From: an uncultured Dehalococcoidales bacterium
Lineage (GTDB): Bacteria > Chloroflexota > Dehalococcoidia > GIF9 > UBA5629
Direction of reading: 5' to 3'
Assembly: GCA_964519615.1 (NCBI GenBank)
Contig: CAZFIM010000001.1
Location: forward strand, 37,065-101,064
Length of the DNA: 64,000 nt
Position numbers and translations under genes: made by a program. Positions 53,523 through 63,802 of this stretch are shown one piece after another. Each line of letters starts with the position of its first letter. Position 1 is the stretch's first letter. The notes beneath the pieces were generated by a model. It was given only the letters and a program-made list of their open reading frames with translations. It was not told the DNA's origin and ran no database searches.

Positions 53523-53720
53523 CTATCCTCTATCGAGTTCCCTCTCCCGCATAATCGTTTTCATACGGGCGATAGTCTTTTTTACACGTGAAATCTCACG
53601 GTGATTAACCAATTGCCGTGTAGCCAGGCGAAAACGCAGGTTAAACAGCTCCTGATACGACTCTTCCAGTTTCTTTTGTAATTCCTGATCGCCGAGCGAT
53701 CTGATTTCGGCTATCTTCAC
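53523..53720 (-). CDS. rpmC: 50S ribosomal protein L29
   Basis: uL29 translation. Confidence 0.9.
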   Translation of the reverse strand: MKIAEIRSLGDQELQKKLEESYQELFNLRFRLATRQLVNHREISRVKKTIARMKTIMRERELDRG

Positions 53721-54148
53721 CGCTCTTCACTCCCTGTGACAGCTTCTTTTATTACAAATCTTGTCGAAATAGGCAGCTTATAAGAGGCCAGGTGCATCGC
53801 TTCCTTTGCCATAGGCTCTTTAATACCGCTGATCTCAAACAGCATTCTGCCCGGTTTCACTACGGCTACCCAATGATCAGGAGCGCCTTTACCGCTGCCC
53901 ATCCTGGTCTCCGCCGCTTTCTTGGTCACCGGCTTGTCCGGGAAAATCCTTATCCACATCTTTCCGCCGCGGCGCAGATACCTGACCATCACACGACGGG
54001 CTGACTCGATCTGCCTGGCTGTAACCCATGCCGCTTCCTGAGCCTGCAAGCCGAATTCGCCAAATACTACTGTGTTTCCTGAGTTCGCTTTACCCCTTCG
54101 GTTTCCCTTGTGAGTCTTACGAAACTTCACTCTCTTCGGCTGTAGCAC
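53717..54148 (-). CDS. rplP: 50S ribosomal protein L16
   Basis: [11 protein letters not shown].. uL16. 32-nt overlap with the rpsC 3' end. Confidence 0.95.
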   Translation of the reverse strand: MLQPKRVKFRKTHKGNRRGKANSGNTVVFGEFGLQAQEAAWVTARQIESARRVMVRYLRRGGKMWIRIFPDKPVTKKAAETRMGSGKGAPDHWVAVVKPGRMLFEISGIKEPMAKEAMHLASYKLPISTRFVIKEAVTGSEER

Positions 54149-54788
54149 TTTCTCTCCTTACTTCCGGTACGATATTGCCTTTATAGATCCACACCTTGAC
54201 ACCAATCACTCCCATCTGTGTATGGGCCTCTGCCAAACCATAGCTGATATCAGCACTTAAGGTATGCAGCGGCAACCTGCCCTGCCGTGTGGTCTCGCGG
54301 CGTGCGATCTCATTGCCGCCCAGCCTGCCGGCACAGCTGATCCTGACACCCTTAGCACCGGCCTGCATTGTACGGAAAGCAGCCTGCTTCATAGCACGTC
54401 TGAACGCTACCCTGCGCTCAAGCTGCTCCGCTATATTCTGGGCCACCAGAATGGCCTCAAGCTCCGGCTGTTCGACCTCTTTAACCGAGAGGCGCACTCT
54501 CTTGCCGCAGGCCGCCTCAAGCCCCATACGCAGTTCCTCTGCCCGCTGTCCACCGCGGCCGATCACCACGCCGGGACGCGAGGAGTAAAGGGTAACCACC
54601 ACTTCTACTCCCTGCCTGTCTACTTCTACATTGGCAACCCCGCCATCACGGCAATTTTTAGCAACGACCTTGCGCAACGCCAAGTCTTCATGCAACATCT
54701 CCGTGTAATGTTTCTGGTCATACCACTTGGCATGCCAGTCTCTTATCACTCCGATTCTAAACCCATACGGGTGTACCTTATGTCCCAC
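54117..54788 (-). CDS. rpsC: 30S ribosomal protein S3
   Basis: uS3 KH domains, with an acidic C-terminal tail. Confidence 0.95.
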   Translation of the reverse strand: MGHKVHPYGFRIGVIRDWHAKWYDQKHYTEMLHEDLALRKVVAKNCRDGGVANVEVDRQGVEVVVTLYSSRPGVVIGRGGQRAEELRMGLEAACGKRVRLSVKEVEQPELEAILVAQNIAEQLERRVAFRRAMKQAAFRTMQAGAKGVRISCAGRLGGNEIARRETTRQGRLPLHTLSADISYGLAEAHTQMGVIGVKVWIYKGNIVPEVRRESATAEESEVS

Positions 54789-55127
54789 CTATATACCCTC
54801 CTCGTCAACGGATACTACTATATGCGTGGAACGCTTCAAGATAGGATTGACACGCCCCCGCCCCTGCGCCCTGAAGCGCTTGAGGGTATGTCCTTCATTT
54901 GCTTGTATGTCCACTATTTTTAAATCGGCAGGGGTCATCTCGTAGTTATTTTCAGCATTGGCCGCCGCCGACTTAATGACTTTCAAGACTGCCCGCGCCG
55001 ATGCAGTGGGGACGAACTGAAGCATCGAAACGGCTTCTTCAACCTTCTTCCCCCTGACCATATCCACAGCCAGCCTCACTTTTCGGGAGGGTATACCTAT
55101 GTCTTTTCCTATTGCTGTTACTTTCAT
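54789..55127 (-). CDS. rplV: 50S ribosomal protein L22
   Basis: uL22 translation. Confidence 0.95.
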   Translation of the reverse strand: MKVTAIGKDIGIPSRKVRLAVDMVRGKKVEEAVSMLQFVPTASARAVLKVIKSAAANAENNYEMTPADLKIVDIQANEGHTLKRFRAQGRGRVNPILKRSTHIVVSVDEEGI

Positions 55128-55137
55128 GGCACCCTAT

Positions 55138-55428
55138 CTAATTCTTTTTCTTCTGGACAGTGACCGTAGCCTTGCTCACATGCCCGCGGAACGTCCGCGT
55201 AACAGCGAACTCTCCCAGTTTATGTCCAACCATGTTTTCAGTTATATATATGGGTACATGACGCCTGCCGTCATGTACCGCAATCGTGTGACCGATCATC
55301 TGCGGCATTACCGTCGATGCCCTGGCCCAGGTCTTAATCACCGTCTTCTCATTTGTCGAATTAAGCTTCTCAATCTTCTTAAGCAGCTTCTCATCGCAAT
55401 AAGGACCTTTTTTAGATGATCTCGACAT
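55138..55428 (-). CDS. rpsS: 30S ribosomal protein S19
   Basis: uS19 translation. Confidence 0.95.
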   Translation of the reverse strand: MSRSSKKGPYCDEKLLKKIEKLNSTNEKTVIKTWARASTVMPQMIGHTIAVHDGRRHVPIYITENMVGHKLGEFAVTRTFRGHVSKATVTVQKKKN

Positions 55429-55457
55429 ACTCCTGCTACCTCTTTGTTACTCTCTAT

Positions 55458-56288
55458 TTATTTCTCAGCCTTACGCCTGCGTACTATCAGCCTGTCGGAA
55501 GGCTTGCTGCCGCGGGTCTTCTTGCCCAGAGCCGGTTTGCCCCAGGGCGTCTTGGGAGCCATGCCCCTTGGCGCCCTGCCTTCGCCGCCGCCGTGGGGAT
55601 GATCGCGCGGGGTCATGGCGGAACCGCGTACCTGCGGCCGTCTGCCCTTAAGGCGTATGCGCCCCGCTTTACCCGCCTTGATACCGCGATGTTCCTGGTT
55701 GCCCAACTGGCCTATGGTCGCCAGGCATCCCACCAGGAAGCGCCGCATCTCGCCGGAAGGCAAACGTACCAGTGCATATTTACCTTCCTTGCCCAATAGC
55801 TGCGCTGCGACTCCCGCACTGCGTACAAGCTGCCCACCTTTGCCGGGCTCAAGCTCAATATTGTGAATCAGCGTACCTGCGGGAATGTTATCCAGCGGAA
55901 GCGTATTCCCCGGCTTTATCTCAGCGCCTTCTCCCGCACCGATTGTCTGGCCCACACTCAAGCCGACCGGCGCCAGTATATAGCGCTTGTCGCCATCAAG
56001 ATAGTGTATCAGCGCTATGCGCGCCGAGCGGTTCGGGTCATACTCAATGGTAGCAACCTTACCGGGTACTCCCATTTTGTCCCGCTTGAAATCTATAATT
56101 CTCATCTTACGCTTTACCCCACCCCCGCGGTGCCTCACCGTGATAACACCTCTGTTGTTGCGGCCCGCTTGCTTCTTAAGCGGCAATAACAGAGATTTCT
56201 CCGGTGCGGACGCAGTAAGCTCTTCGAATGAAGCACTTACCATGCCCCGCCTTGATGGTGAAGTTGGGCGATATGTTTTCAGTGCCAA
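55458..56288 (-). CDS. rplB: 50S ribosomal protein L2 (TTG start)
   Basis: [13 protein letters not shown].. uL2. Initiates at TTG (56288), preceded by GGGAGTAGGT. Confidence 0.9.
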   Translation of the reverse strand: MALKTYRPTSPSRRGMVSASFEELTASAPEKSLLLPLKKQAGRNNRGVITVRHRGGGVKRKMRIIDFKRDKMGVPGKVATIEYDPNRSARIALIHYLDGDKRYILAPVGLSVGQTIGAGEGAEIKPGNTLPLDNIPAGTLIHNIELEPGKGGQLVRSAGVAAQLLGKEGKYALVRLPSGEMRRFLVGCLATIGQLGNQEHRGIKAGKAGRIRLKGRRPQVRGSAMTPRDHPHGGGEGRAPRGMAPKTPWGKPALGKKTRGSKPSDRLIVRRRKAEK

Positions 56289-56419
56289 AATACCTACTCC
56301 CTATGTTATGGGTGTCGTCTTTGCCATCGGTTCTTCTTCATGAGTTTCCGATGCTTGTGCCGTGCCATCTTCTTTCTTCTTTTCTTGATTACAGAACCCA
56401 ATGTTGTACCCTTACCTTT

Positions 56420-56704
56420 TTATACTCCCTCGAAAAATTCTATTTTATTACCGGGCTCAAGGGTCACCACAGCCTTTTTCATGGGCGGTGTCTGCTTATA
56501 GCGCTTGCCAAACCTCTTCAGCTTACCGGGCGTTGTGATCACATTAACATTCGTCACCTTGACCTTGAACGCTTTCTCCACGGCCTGTTTGACCTGGGGC
56601 TTGGTAGCGGCTTTCTCGATCTCAAATACATAGCAATTGCTCTCTTTGAGTATTGAGCTTTTCTCTGTAACTAACGGTCTTTTTAACACTTCATATATAT
56701 GCAT
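56420..56704 (-). CDS. rplW: 50S ribosomal protein L23
   Basis: uL23 translation. Followed by an unusual 131-nt spacer before rplB. Confidence 0.95.
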   Translation of the reverse strand: MHIYEVLKRPLVTEKSSILKESNCYVFEIEKAATKPQVKQAVEKAFKVKVTNVNVITTPGKLKRFGKRYKQTPPMKKAVVTLEPGNKIEFFEGV

Positions 56705-56719
56705 GATACCGCTCTATCC

Positions 56720-57373
56720 TTATTTGCCTGCCTTAGCTTTTTGCGGCTCTTTATTTGCCCACAACTCCTCGACGGCCTTGACCGCACCAGCGCTCATTAT
56801 AAGAGACTTACTGGCCAGCATATCGGCTACGTTCAGGAGGCGGGCGGGTGTGGTGTTCACCCCTTCTATATTAGAAGCTGAGAGTATCAGATTTTCCTGG
56901 TTCTCCATGGTGGCAATCAGCACCGAAGTGCCGATCCCCAGCGCAACCAGCATATCATATATCATTCTCGTTTTCGGCTGCTCAAGGTCGAAATCCTCGA
57001 CAATCTTAAGGGCGCCGCTGCGGGCCTTATCAGAGAGCACACATTTGATTGCCAGCCGTCTCATTTTCTTGGGCATCTCCTGGCGGTAGCTGCGAGGATG
57101 CGGGCCAAAGACAACCCCGCCGCCCCTGCGCAGCGGAGATTTCATGCTGCCGGCGCGGGCGCGCCCCGTATGTTTCTGCATATAGAGCTTCTTGGTGCTT
57201 TTGGATACATCGGCCCGTGTCTGAGTATCAGCCGTACCCTGGCGGCAGTTGGCAAGATGCCGTACCAGCGCCTGATGCACAACGGCCTCATTAAAAGGCA
57301 CTGCGAATACATCATCCCGCAGGTCCATAGACCCTGCTATCTTACCTTGAACGGAATAAATATCTACCTTCAC
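56720..57373 (-). CDS. rplD: 50S ribosomal protein L4
   Basis: uL4 translation. Confidence 0.95.
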   Translation of the reverse strand: MKVDIYSVQGKIAGSMDLRDDVFAVPFNEAVVHQALVRHLANCRQGTADTQTRADVSKSTKKLYMQKHTGRARAGSMKSPLRRGGGVVFGPHPRSYRQEMPKKMRRLAIKCVLSDKARSGALKIVEDFDLEQPKTRMIYDMLVALGIGTSVLIATMENQENLILSASNIEGVNTTPARLLNVADMLASKSLIMSAGAVKAVEELWANKEPQKAKAGK

Positions 57374-57379
57374 TATCTC

Positions 57380-57997
57380 TTAACCCTTCGATACTTTATG
57401 AATGAGAAGCAGCCCCGTTTTCGCTCCGGGAACAGCACCTTTTACCAGCAATAAGTGTTTTTCAGCATCGACGCTGACGACTTCAAGGTTCCTCATCGTA
57501 ACGCGCTGGCTGCCCAGATGCCCCGCCATTCGCAGACCCTTCCATACCCTGCCGGGTGTAGACCCTGCGCCGATGGAGCCGGGAGCACGGGATCTGTCCG
57601 ACTGCCCGTGCGTCTTGGGACCGCCTTTGAAGCCGTGGCGTTTCATTCCGCCTGCGAACCCTTTACCTTTCGAGACGCCAATGACGTTGACCCGGTCACC
57701 CGATTGCAGCATCTCCACACTAACCTGCTGGCCGACCTCATAAGGTCCGACATCGTTCATTCTGAACTCGCGCAGATTCCTGAACATCCCGACATCGCCG
57801 AGATGGCCTTTCTCCGCCTTATTCAGACGCTTGCCCTGACCAAAGCAAAGCTGGATAGCATTATAACCGTCTTTCTTCTCTGTTTTTACCTGTGACACAA
57901 AGCAGGGACCGGCCTCTATAGCAGTAACCACCACTTCCCGGCCGTCCAGATACAGCTGTGTCATTCCTATTTTTTTTCCTAATAAACCTTCAGACAT
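57380..57997 (-). CDS. rplC: 50S ribosomal protein L3
   Basis: Start MSEGLLGKKIGMTQ at 57997. The track ORF is extended upstream into rpsJ. Confidence 0.9.
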   Translation of the reverse strand: MSEGLLGKKIGMTQLYLDGREVVVTAIEAGPCFVSQVKTEKKDGYNAIQLCFGQGKRLNKAEKGHLGDVGMFRNLREFRMNDVGPYEVGQQVSVEMLQSGDRVNVIGVSKGKGFAGGMKRHGFKGGPKTHGQSDRSRAPGSIGAGSTPGRVWKGLRMAGHLGSQRVTMRNLEVVSVDAEKHLLLVKGAVPGAKTGLLLIHKVSKG

Positions 57998-58004
57998 GAT
58001 CAAC

Positions 58005-58313
58005 CTACAGTCTAATATCAATCTCCACGCCCGACGGCAGCTGGAGCTGGGTCAACGCATCAATTGTTTTGGTAGTCGGGCCGACAATATCGATAACCCG
58101 CTTGTGCGTTCTTATCTCGAACTGCTCGCGCGAGTCTTTATCGATGTGCGGTGAGCGGATAACACAGAACTTCTCGATGCGTGTAGGCAGGGGAACCGGT
58201 CCCGCTACCACTGCGCCCGTACGCTCAGCTGTTTCCACGATCTGCTCAGCCGACTGATCGACCAACCTGTGATCGTAACCCCTTACTTTTATACGTATAT
58301 TTTGCTTGGGCAT
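58005..58313 (-). CDS. rpsJ: 30S ribosomal protein S10
   Basis: uS10 translation. Confidence 0.95.
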   Translation of the reverse strand: MPKQNIRIKVRGYDHRLVDQSAEQIVETAERTGAVVAGPVPLPTRIEKFCVIRSPHIDKDSREQFEIRTHKRVIDIVGPTTKTIDALTQLQLPSGVEIDIRL

Positions 58314-58316
58314 CTC

Positions 58317-60392
58317 TTATATACCTCTGCGACCTGTTATCTCAGCAGCCTGTTCCGCAGGCAATTGCTGATAGCTGTGAAACTGTAGTGAATACGTGGC
58401 TCTGCCCTGGCTTATGGATCTCAGTTGAGTCGCATACCCGAAAGTATCAGCCAGTGGAACGAGCGCATGAATCACTGCGGTCTCGCCGTGAGTCTCAATG
58501 CCTTCGATATGTCCTCTTCTGGAATTCAAATCACCGATAACATCGCCCATGAACTCCGCCGGCGTCACCAGCTCCAGTTCCATAATGGGCTCCAGGAGAA
58601 CAGATTTGGCCCTGCGCAGTCCCTCTTTCACCCCAATGGAAGCGGCCATCTTGAAAGCCATCTCGGAGGAATCAACCTCGTGATAGCTTCCATCGGTAAG
58701 AGTAACCTTGACATCGAGAACCGGATATCCGGCCAGCACACCGGTATCCAGCGCGTCTTTTGCGCCTGCCGCAATAGCATTGTAATATTCTTTGGGTATT
58801 GCGCCACCCTTCACTTTATTAACAAAGCTGAAACCGCTCCCTTTCTCTCCCGGCTCCAGCGTAAGCACCACGTGGCCGTACTGGCCGTGGCCGCCGGTCT
58901 GCCGCACAAACTTGCCTTCGGCTTCAGCGGAGGACGTAATTGCTTCTTTATAAGATACCTGAGGTTTTCCTACCCGTACACCTACATTATATTCGTGCAA
59001 TACGCGGTCGATGAGCACCTCGAGGTGCAGTTCTCCCATACCGGAGATGAGCGTCTGCCCTGTCTCCTGATCTGTACGGATCTTGAATGTAGGATCTTCC
59101 TCGGACAGCTTGTTCAAGGCTTCGCCCAGCTTATCCTGGTCGGCCTTGCTGTTGGGCTCGACTGCCATGGAGATCACCGGCTCCGGGAACCGTATATTTT
59201 CCAGCAGTACCGGCTTGACCATCTCACAGAGCGTGTCGCCGGTAAAGGTGTTCTTCAGCCCTACCGTTGCGGCGATCGTGCCGGTATCAACCTCTTTTAT
59301 CTCCTCGCGGCGGTTGGCATGCATGAGCAGCAGCCTTCCGATGCGCTCTTTCTGCCCCTTGCTTGAATTATATACCTGAGCGCCCTCTTTGACCTTGCCT
59401 GAATAGACCCTGAAATAGACGAGCCTTCCCATGAAGGGGTCAGCCACCACTTTGAATGCCAGTGCAGCAAAGGGGGCATCATCGCTTGCTTCACGGGTAG
59501 CTTTATCACCGGAACTTGCATCGATCACGTTGATAGGCGGGACATCCAGAGGCGAGGGAAGATAGTCTATAACTCCGTTAAGCAGGAGCTGTACTCCTTT
59601 ATTTCTTAAAGCCGTACCGCAGAAGACAGGCACGATGCGGCTGGTTGTGGTCAGCTTTCTGATAGCGGCCTTGAGGTCTCCCTCCGTAATCTCCCTGTCC
59701 TCTAAAAAGAGCAGCATGAGTTTATCATCATTCTCGGCAAGTTTTTCAATCATTTTCTGGCGGTGCTGCTCGACCCTGCTCCTCTCCTCCTCCGGAATAT
59801 CTATGGCAACCAGAGGATCATCCACATCCGGCTCGAACCTCCAGGCCCTGTTGCCTACCAGGTCAACAACACCGTAAAAGGAGCTTTCCGCCCCCAGCGG
59901 CATTTGCATAAGTACCGTTGTAGCGCCCAGGCGTTCTTCTATCATTTTTACGGTTCGGTAGAAATCTGCGCCTACGCGGTCCATTTTATTGATAAAACAA
60001 ATACGAGGTACCCTGTATTTATCAGCCTGTCTCCAGACCGTTTCAGATTGAGCCTCAACGCCAGCCACGGCATCCAGCACTACCACGCCGCCGTCGAGCA
60101 CGCGCAAACTGCGCTCAACTTCCGCCGTGAAATCCACGTGGCCCGGGGTATCGATAATATTAATGCGGTGATCTTTCCAGTGGCAGGTAGTTGCTGCGGC
60201 GGTAATAGTGATACCGCGCTCGCGCTCCTGCTGCATCCAGTCCATTACGGCCGTCCCATCATCGACATCACCTATCTTATAGGTGCGCCCGGTATGGAAA
60301 AGAATCCGCTCTGTGGTCGTGGTCTTACCGGCATCGATATGCGCGATAATCCCTATGTTTCTGACTTTTTCCAGTGGATAGGTTCTTTCCAT
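58317..60392 (-). CDS. fusA: elongation factor G
   Basis: G-domain [21 protein letters not shown]. Start chosen at [15 protein letters not shown] (60392); the track ORF extends to 60458. Confidence 0.9.
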   Translation of the reverse strand: MERTYPLEKVRNIGIIAHIDAGKTTTTERILFHTGRTYKIGDVDDGTAVMDWMQQERERGITITAAATTCHWKDHRINIIDTPGHVDFTAEVERSLRVLDGGVVVLDAVAGVEAQSETVWRQADKYRVPRICFINKMDRVGADFYRTVKMIEERLGATTVLMQMPLGAESSFYGVVDLVGNRAWRFEPDVDDPLVAIDIPEEERSRVEQHRQKMIEKLAENDDKLMLLFLEDREITEGDLKAAIRKLTTTSRIVPVFCGTALRNKGVQLLLNGVIDYLPSPLDVPPINVIDASSGDKATREASDDAPFAALAFKVVADPFMGRLVYFRVYSGKVKEGAQVYNSSKGQKERIGRLLLMHANRREEIKEVDTGTIAATVGLKNTFTGDTLCEMVKPVLLENIRFPEPVISMAVEPNSKADQDKLGEALNKLSEEDPTFKIRTDQETGQTLISGMGELHLEVLIDRVLHEYNVGVRVGKPQVSYKEAITSSAEAEGKFVRQTGGHGQYGHVVLTLEPGEKGSGFSFVNKVKGGAIPKEYYNAIAAGAKDALDTGVLAGYPVLDVKVTLTDGSYHEVDSSEMAFKMAASIGVKEGLRRAKSVLLEPIMELELVTPAEFMGDVIGDLNSRRGHIEGIETHGETAVIHALVPLADTFGYATQLRSISQGRATYSLQFHSYQQLPAEQAAEITGRRGI

Positions 60393-60451
60393 AACAGCCT
60401 GTCCCGCAGCGGCTTTGGCCTTACGTTTGCTTTGGTTTAAATCGGTGAGTG

Positions 60452-60922
60452 CTACCATCGGTAATGAGCGTACGCCTTATTGGACTCGGCCATTCTATGG
60501 GTATCCTGACGCTTCTTGACCGCCGCCCCTTCGCCCTGTGCGGCATCGCCAATTTCTGACGCAAGCCTGCTTGCCATCGACTGACCTTTACGTGACCTGG
60601 CAAAATCGACCAGCCATCGGATAGCCATGATCTGTCCGCGCGCAGGTGTAACCTCAACGGGCACCTGATAGGTGGCACCGCCCACCCGCCTGGCTTTCAC
60701 CTGGACGAGAGGGGTAACGTTTTTCATCGCCTGCTCGAAGATTTCCATGGGATCACGCTTCAATTTTCCACTGACGATCTCCAGCGCATCATAGACAACG
60801 CGTTCGGCGGTAGATTTCTTACCGTCAAGCATTACTTTGTTAATGAACTTGGTCAATACCTGGCTCCCGTATCTGGGGTCAGGAATTATCGGCCGTTTTA
60901 TTGCCCTGGCACGTCGTGACAT
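60452..60922 (-). CDS. rpsG: 30S ribosomal protein S7
   Basis: uS7 translation. Confidence 0.95.
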   Translation of the reverse strand: MSRRARAIKRPIIPDPRYGSQVLTKFINKVMLDGKKSTAERVVYDALEIVSGKLKRDPMEIFEQAMKNVTPLVQVKARRVGGATYQVPVEVTPARGQIMAIRWLVDFARSRKGQSMASRLASEIGDAAQGEGAAVKKRQDTHRMAESNKAYAHYRW

Positions 60923-60935
60923 TCATGTACTCCTG

Positions 60936-61358
60936 CTATGATATAGCCTTTCCTGCTTTGGCGCCGTATTTGCTGCGCCCCTGCTGGCGGTTTTCGACAC
61001 CTGCCGTGTCCAGCGCGCCGCGAACGATATGATAGCGGACGCCGGGCAGGTCCTTGACCCTGCCGCCGCGGATGAGCACTACCGAGTGCTCCTGCAGGTT
61101 ATGGCCTTCACCGGGGATATATGCGGTAACTTCGATATGATTGGTCAGGCGCACACGCGCGATCTTGCGCAGCGCCGAGTTAGGCTTCTTGGGCGTCATT
61201 GTCTTGACCTGGACACACACTCCGCGCTTCTGAGGCGAGTTGGTATCCCGGCGCGTCCTGTTCTTAAGCGTATTAAAAGTCACGCCCAGGGCAGGAGCCT
61301 TGGTCTTCTTTATAGGGCGACTTCGCCCCTTCCGCACTAACTGATTGACGGTTGGCAT
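60936..61358 (-). CDS. rpsL: 30S ribosomal protein S12
   Basis: uS12 with [20 protein letters not shown]. Confidence 0.95.
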   Translation of the reverse strand: MPTVNQLVRKGRSRPIKKTKAPALGVTFNTLKNRTRRDTNSPQKRGVCVQVKTMTPKKPNSALRKIARVRLTNHIEVTAYIPGEGHNLQEHSVVLIRGGRVKDLPGVRYHIVRGALDTAGVENRQQGRSKYGAKAGKAIS

Positions 61359-61552
61359 CGTATGTTTTTTACCTCTATTCCTATTTCCGGTTTGACGTTT
61401 TGCCTAGTGCTTCCCCTAGAAACTAAAAAGCCACCCAGTTATCTACCGCTCCGGTTTCCGCCCCCTCAAGGGCGGCTCTGGCTGCGGCTCAACCAGCCGG
61501 CTCTTTCAGGCTTTCAACGCCTTTACTAGTGGCTAGCTAGACACAAAGCATT

Positions 61553-61582
61553 ACTATACCACAAGAATAAGAGGGGTGTCAA
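61553..61582 (-). promoter_or_regulatory. candidate sigma70 promoter of the str operon (TTGACA-N18-TATAGT) with ~190-nt GC-rich structured leader
   Basis: On the minus strand: TTGACA (61582-61577), 18-nt spacer, TATAGT (61558-61553). Confidence 0.35.
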
Positions 61583-61688
61583 TAGGATAAATGAGAGGGT
61601 AGTGTATCAGTTTGAAAGGAGAAAAAATGTTAACCAATAGTACATCCATATACCCCTATTGTCAATATTGTTTTGGTAGAATAGGGGC

Positions 61689-62240
61689 ATGTGGAAAGCA
61701 ACGAAATGGCTTTTGGGAGCTACAGCAACAATGGTAGCCCTATATTTTGCTTCACTCCAAATTCCGGATAAACTTCCACCAAATATTTCTCTGATTATAT
61801 TTATTTTAGCTTGTATTTTCGCTACTTTATTTATATTTACTGGCATTGTATCTGCATATCTTTTTGTTAAAAAGCATCTATATCCTATCCGGTTCATTGA
61901 AGATGTTAAATGTACTTATTGGACTAAGGAAAAGCAAATGCAGGTAAGCTATCTGTTTTGTGATTATTCGGAATCTAATACCTTTACAGTTAATTGTATG
62001 GCAATTTTTAATGAGCAGGTCGTAAATATAGATAGATGTAGTCACTTAAACATGCTTGGTGATCAAGCAGCAAAATGTATAAAGGGTAAGAGAATATTTA
62101 TAGAACAATCAAAACACGATGTGGAAGTCATTATTCCTGATAAGTGTAAGATAACAGTACGTGTGAAACCATACGGTTTTGGGTGGAGGACTATACAGAA
62201 AACAGCAGAAGTTAAAACTCTGATTGTCGATCACGGATAG
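61689..62240 (+). CDS. hypothetical two-TM membrane protein with Cys-rich C-terminal soluble domain (AT-rich islet)
   Basis: Two N-terminal hydrophobic helices. No recognisable family. Local composition is markedly AT-rich. Confidence 0.4.
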   Translation: MWKATKWLLGATATMVALYFASLQIPDKLPPNISLIIFILACIFATLFIFTGIVSAYLFVKKHLYPIRFIEDVKCTYWTKEKQMQVSYLFCDYSESNTFTVNCMAIFNEQVVNIDRCSHLNMLGDQAAKCIKGKRIFIEQSKHDVEVIIPDKCKITVRVKPYGFGWRTIQKTAEVKTLIVDHG

Positions 62241-62373
62241 GTGATTTTATTAATCAGGCTAATTATTTCTTCTATCGTCCATATATGATCGGTTACTTTT
62301 GCTGCCATAGCTGGCGTTTTCCTCGGTATCCAGTAAACTCTAATCTATCTAGCGAGTAAATAAACTTTCACTA

Positions 62374-63144
62374 TTATTGTTGGTTTTTTAAAGGCAATTG
62401 AGAGATACATAGATGTTCATCAAGATTATCATATCCAATATCATAGTGCCAGTCAGTAATTTGGTTTAAACGTCTTGCGCCACCAGGTAGAAGTTCCCCA
62501 CCACGTGTTTTAAAAGCTACATTTACTACCCTTTTACCGCAATCTTTTACAACTTCAACAGCAGGAACATAATCTTGATCACCCGTAACAATAATAGCAA
62601 TATCATATATATCTTTGAGTGTAATTAAGTCGGAGGCCAATTTTACATCCACAGCTTTTTCTTTCCCTATTTTTTGTGTAAATAAATCATATCTACAATA
62701 TCCAGCTCTACGAAATTCAACAGCCTTTTGTTGAGAAGAAATACCATCTTGTATAGCAGTCCAACCATTAAATCTGTTTTGGAATTTCTCTCTTGTTTGC
62801 TCTAGTTCATTAATGAATGTTTTCATTCGATCAATAATCATGTCATCACTGAGTGTATCAAGTTCTGCTTTGTATGGTTCATGTTTGGAAAGCAGGTTCC
62901 GTGCATTAGATTGTTCTTTCTCGGGATTTGGGAAATGATAAGGGAAAAAGTCCACAGATTTAATAACGTACCAATAAGTTCTAATGCGCTCTCCTTCTTC
63001 ATCTGTACACTTTGATACAATCCAATTAAATAGTTCAGTCCAATTTGCTTGTTTTGGAAGGTAATGTTGCTGTGGGAATTCAGGAAATAGCTTAACTATG
63101 GAGTGCCGGAAATTTTCGCCATCAACAAAAACACAAACCCTCAT
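62374..63144 (-). CDS. NYN/LabA-like nuclease-domain protein with ~120-aa internal insertion
   Basis: MRVCVFVDGENF (NYN N-terminal Asp motif) and ..AVDVKLASDLITL..YDIAIIVTGDQDYVPAVEVVKDCGKRVV (NYN C-terminal motifs). ATG at 63144 with a G-rich RBS. Confidence 0.65.
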   Translation of the reverse strand: MRVCVFVDGENFRHSIVKLFPEFPQQHYLPKQANWTELFNWIVSKCTDEEGERIRTYWYVIKSVDFFPYHFPNPEKEQSNARNLLSKHEPYKAELDTLSDDMIIDRMKTFINELEQTREKFQNRFNGWTAIQDGISSQQKAVEFRRAGYCRYDLFTQKIGKEKAVDVKLASDLITLKDIYDIAIIVTGDQDYVPAVEVVKDCGKRVVNVAFKTRGGELLPGGARRLNQITDWHYDIGYDNLDEHLCISQLPLKNQQ

Positions 63145-63434
63145 AATTTCCCCCCATATAATAGTAATGGCGACAGACACGCAGTCCGTCGCCAAACCAA
63201 ACTAATCACTTAGGAAGCACCTAAGTTTCATATGATATTATGCACATTTTGTGATATTTGTCAATAATTTTTCCCTGATTTTTGCAGTACTTTTTTACCA
63301 GATTATTATTAAAGAAAATTCAAACTGACTTACCATCAATGAGATGTCTTCCACCCCTTGGGCGGAAAGCTATAAAAGGATAGCACGTGACGGACAGAAC
63401 GAAAAGACTGGATATAATAGTAATTACTTTAAGC

Positions 63435-63728
63435 TTACGGATGTGAGGTGATTGCTATGAGTGTGATCACTCCCCGGGCAGTCCCATAATACCAGAATAC
63501 TCTGTAGGCTGCCGGAGTATTTTGCTCTGCGTAAGCTTCAAAAATCTTTTCCTCGTGCGGGCCCTTCAGTGATGAATACTCATGAGTCTGCAGACTTTTA
63601 TGGCTGGGGTCCTGTGCCAGGAAACGGATTGTTTTTACGACGGCTTTATAGCGCTTCTTCTGTGAAGGATCATTTTTTATGACATTATCATTATTTCTAG
63701 CTTCGTACGTCCATTCTACAGCAAACAA
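63435..63728 (-). pseudogene. RelE/ParE-superfamily toxin-like ORF lacking an ATG start; possible degraded type II TA module
   Basis: C-terminal ..AAYRVFWYYGTARGVITLIAITSHP resembles the RelE/ParE core. The only in-frame start is TTG. Immediately upstream (63742-63869) lies a start-less frame ending ..SIERGLSDAAQGKLSKVDLNNL, which looks like an RHH antitoxin C-terminus. Confidence 0.3.
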
Positions 63729-63802
63729 TACGGTTAACCTTTACAGATTGTTGAGGTCGACTTTTGATAATTTACCTTGCGCGGCATCAGAAAGGCCGCG
63801 CT

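Noticed and set aside
58425-59366. 313-aa plus-strand ORF inside fusA
   Set aside because: It is antisense to a full-length EF-G. This is a typical GC-rich shadow ORF.
63726-63728. Treating the RelE-like ORF as an intact gene
   Set aside because: The only in-frame initiator is TTG, and the upstream RHH-like frame has no start. A decayed module is more parsimonious than a functional one.
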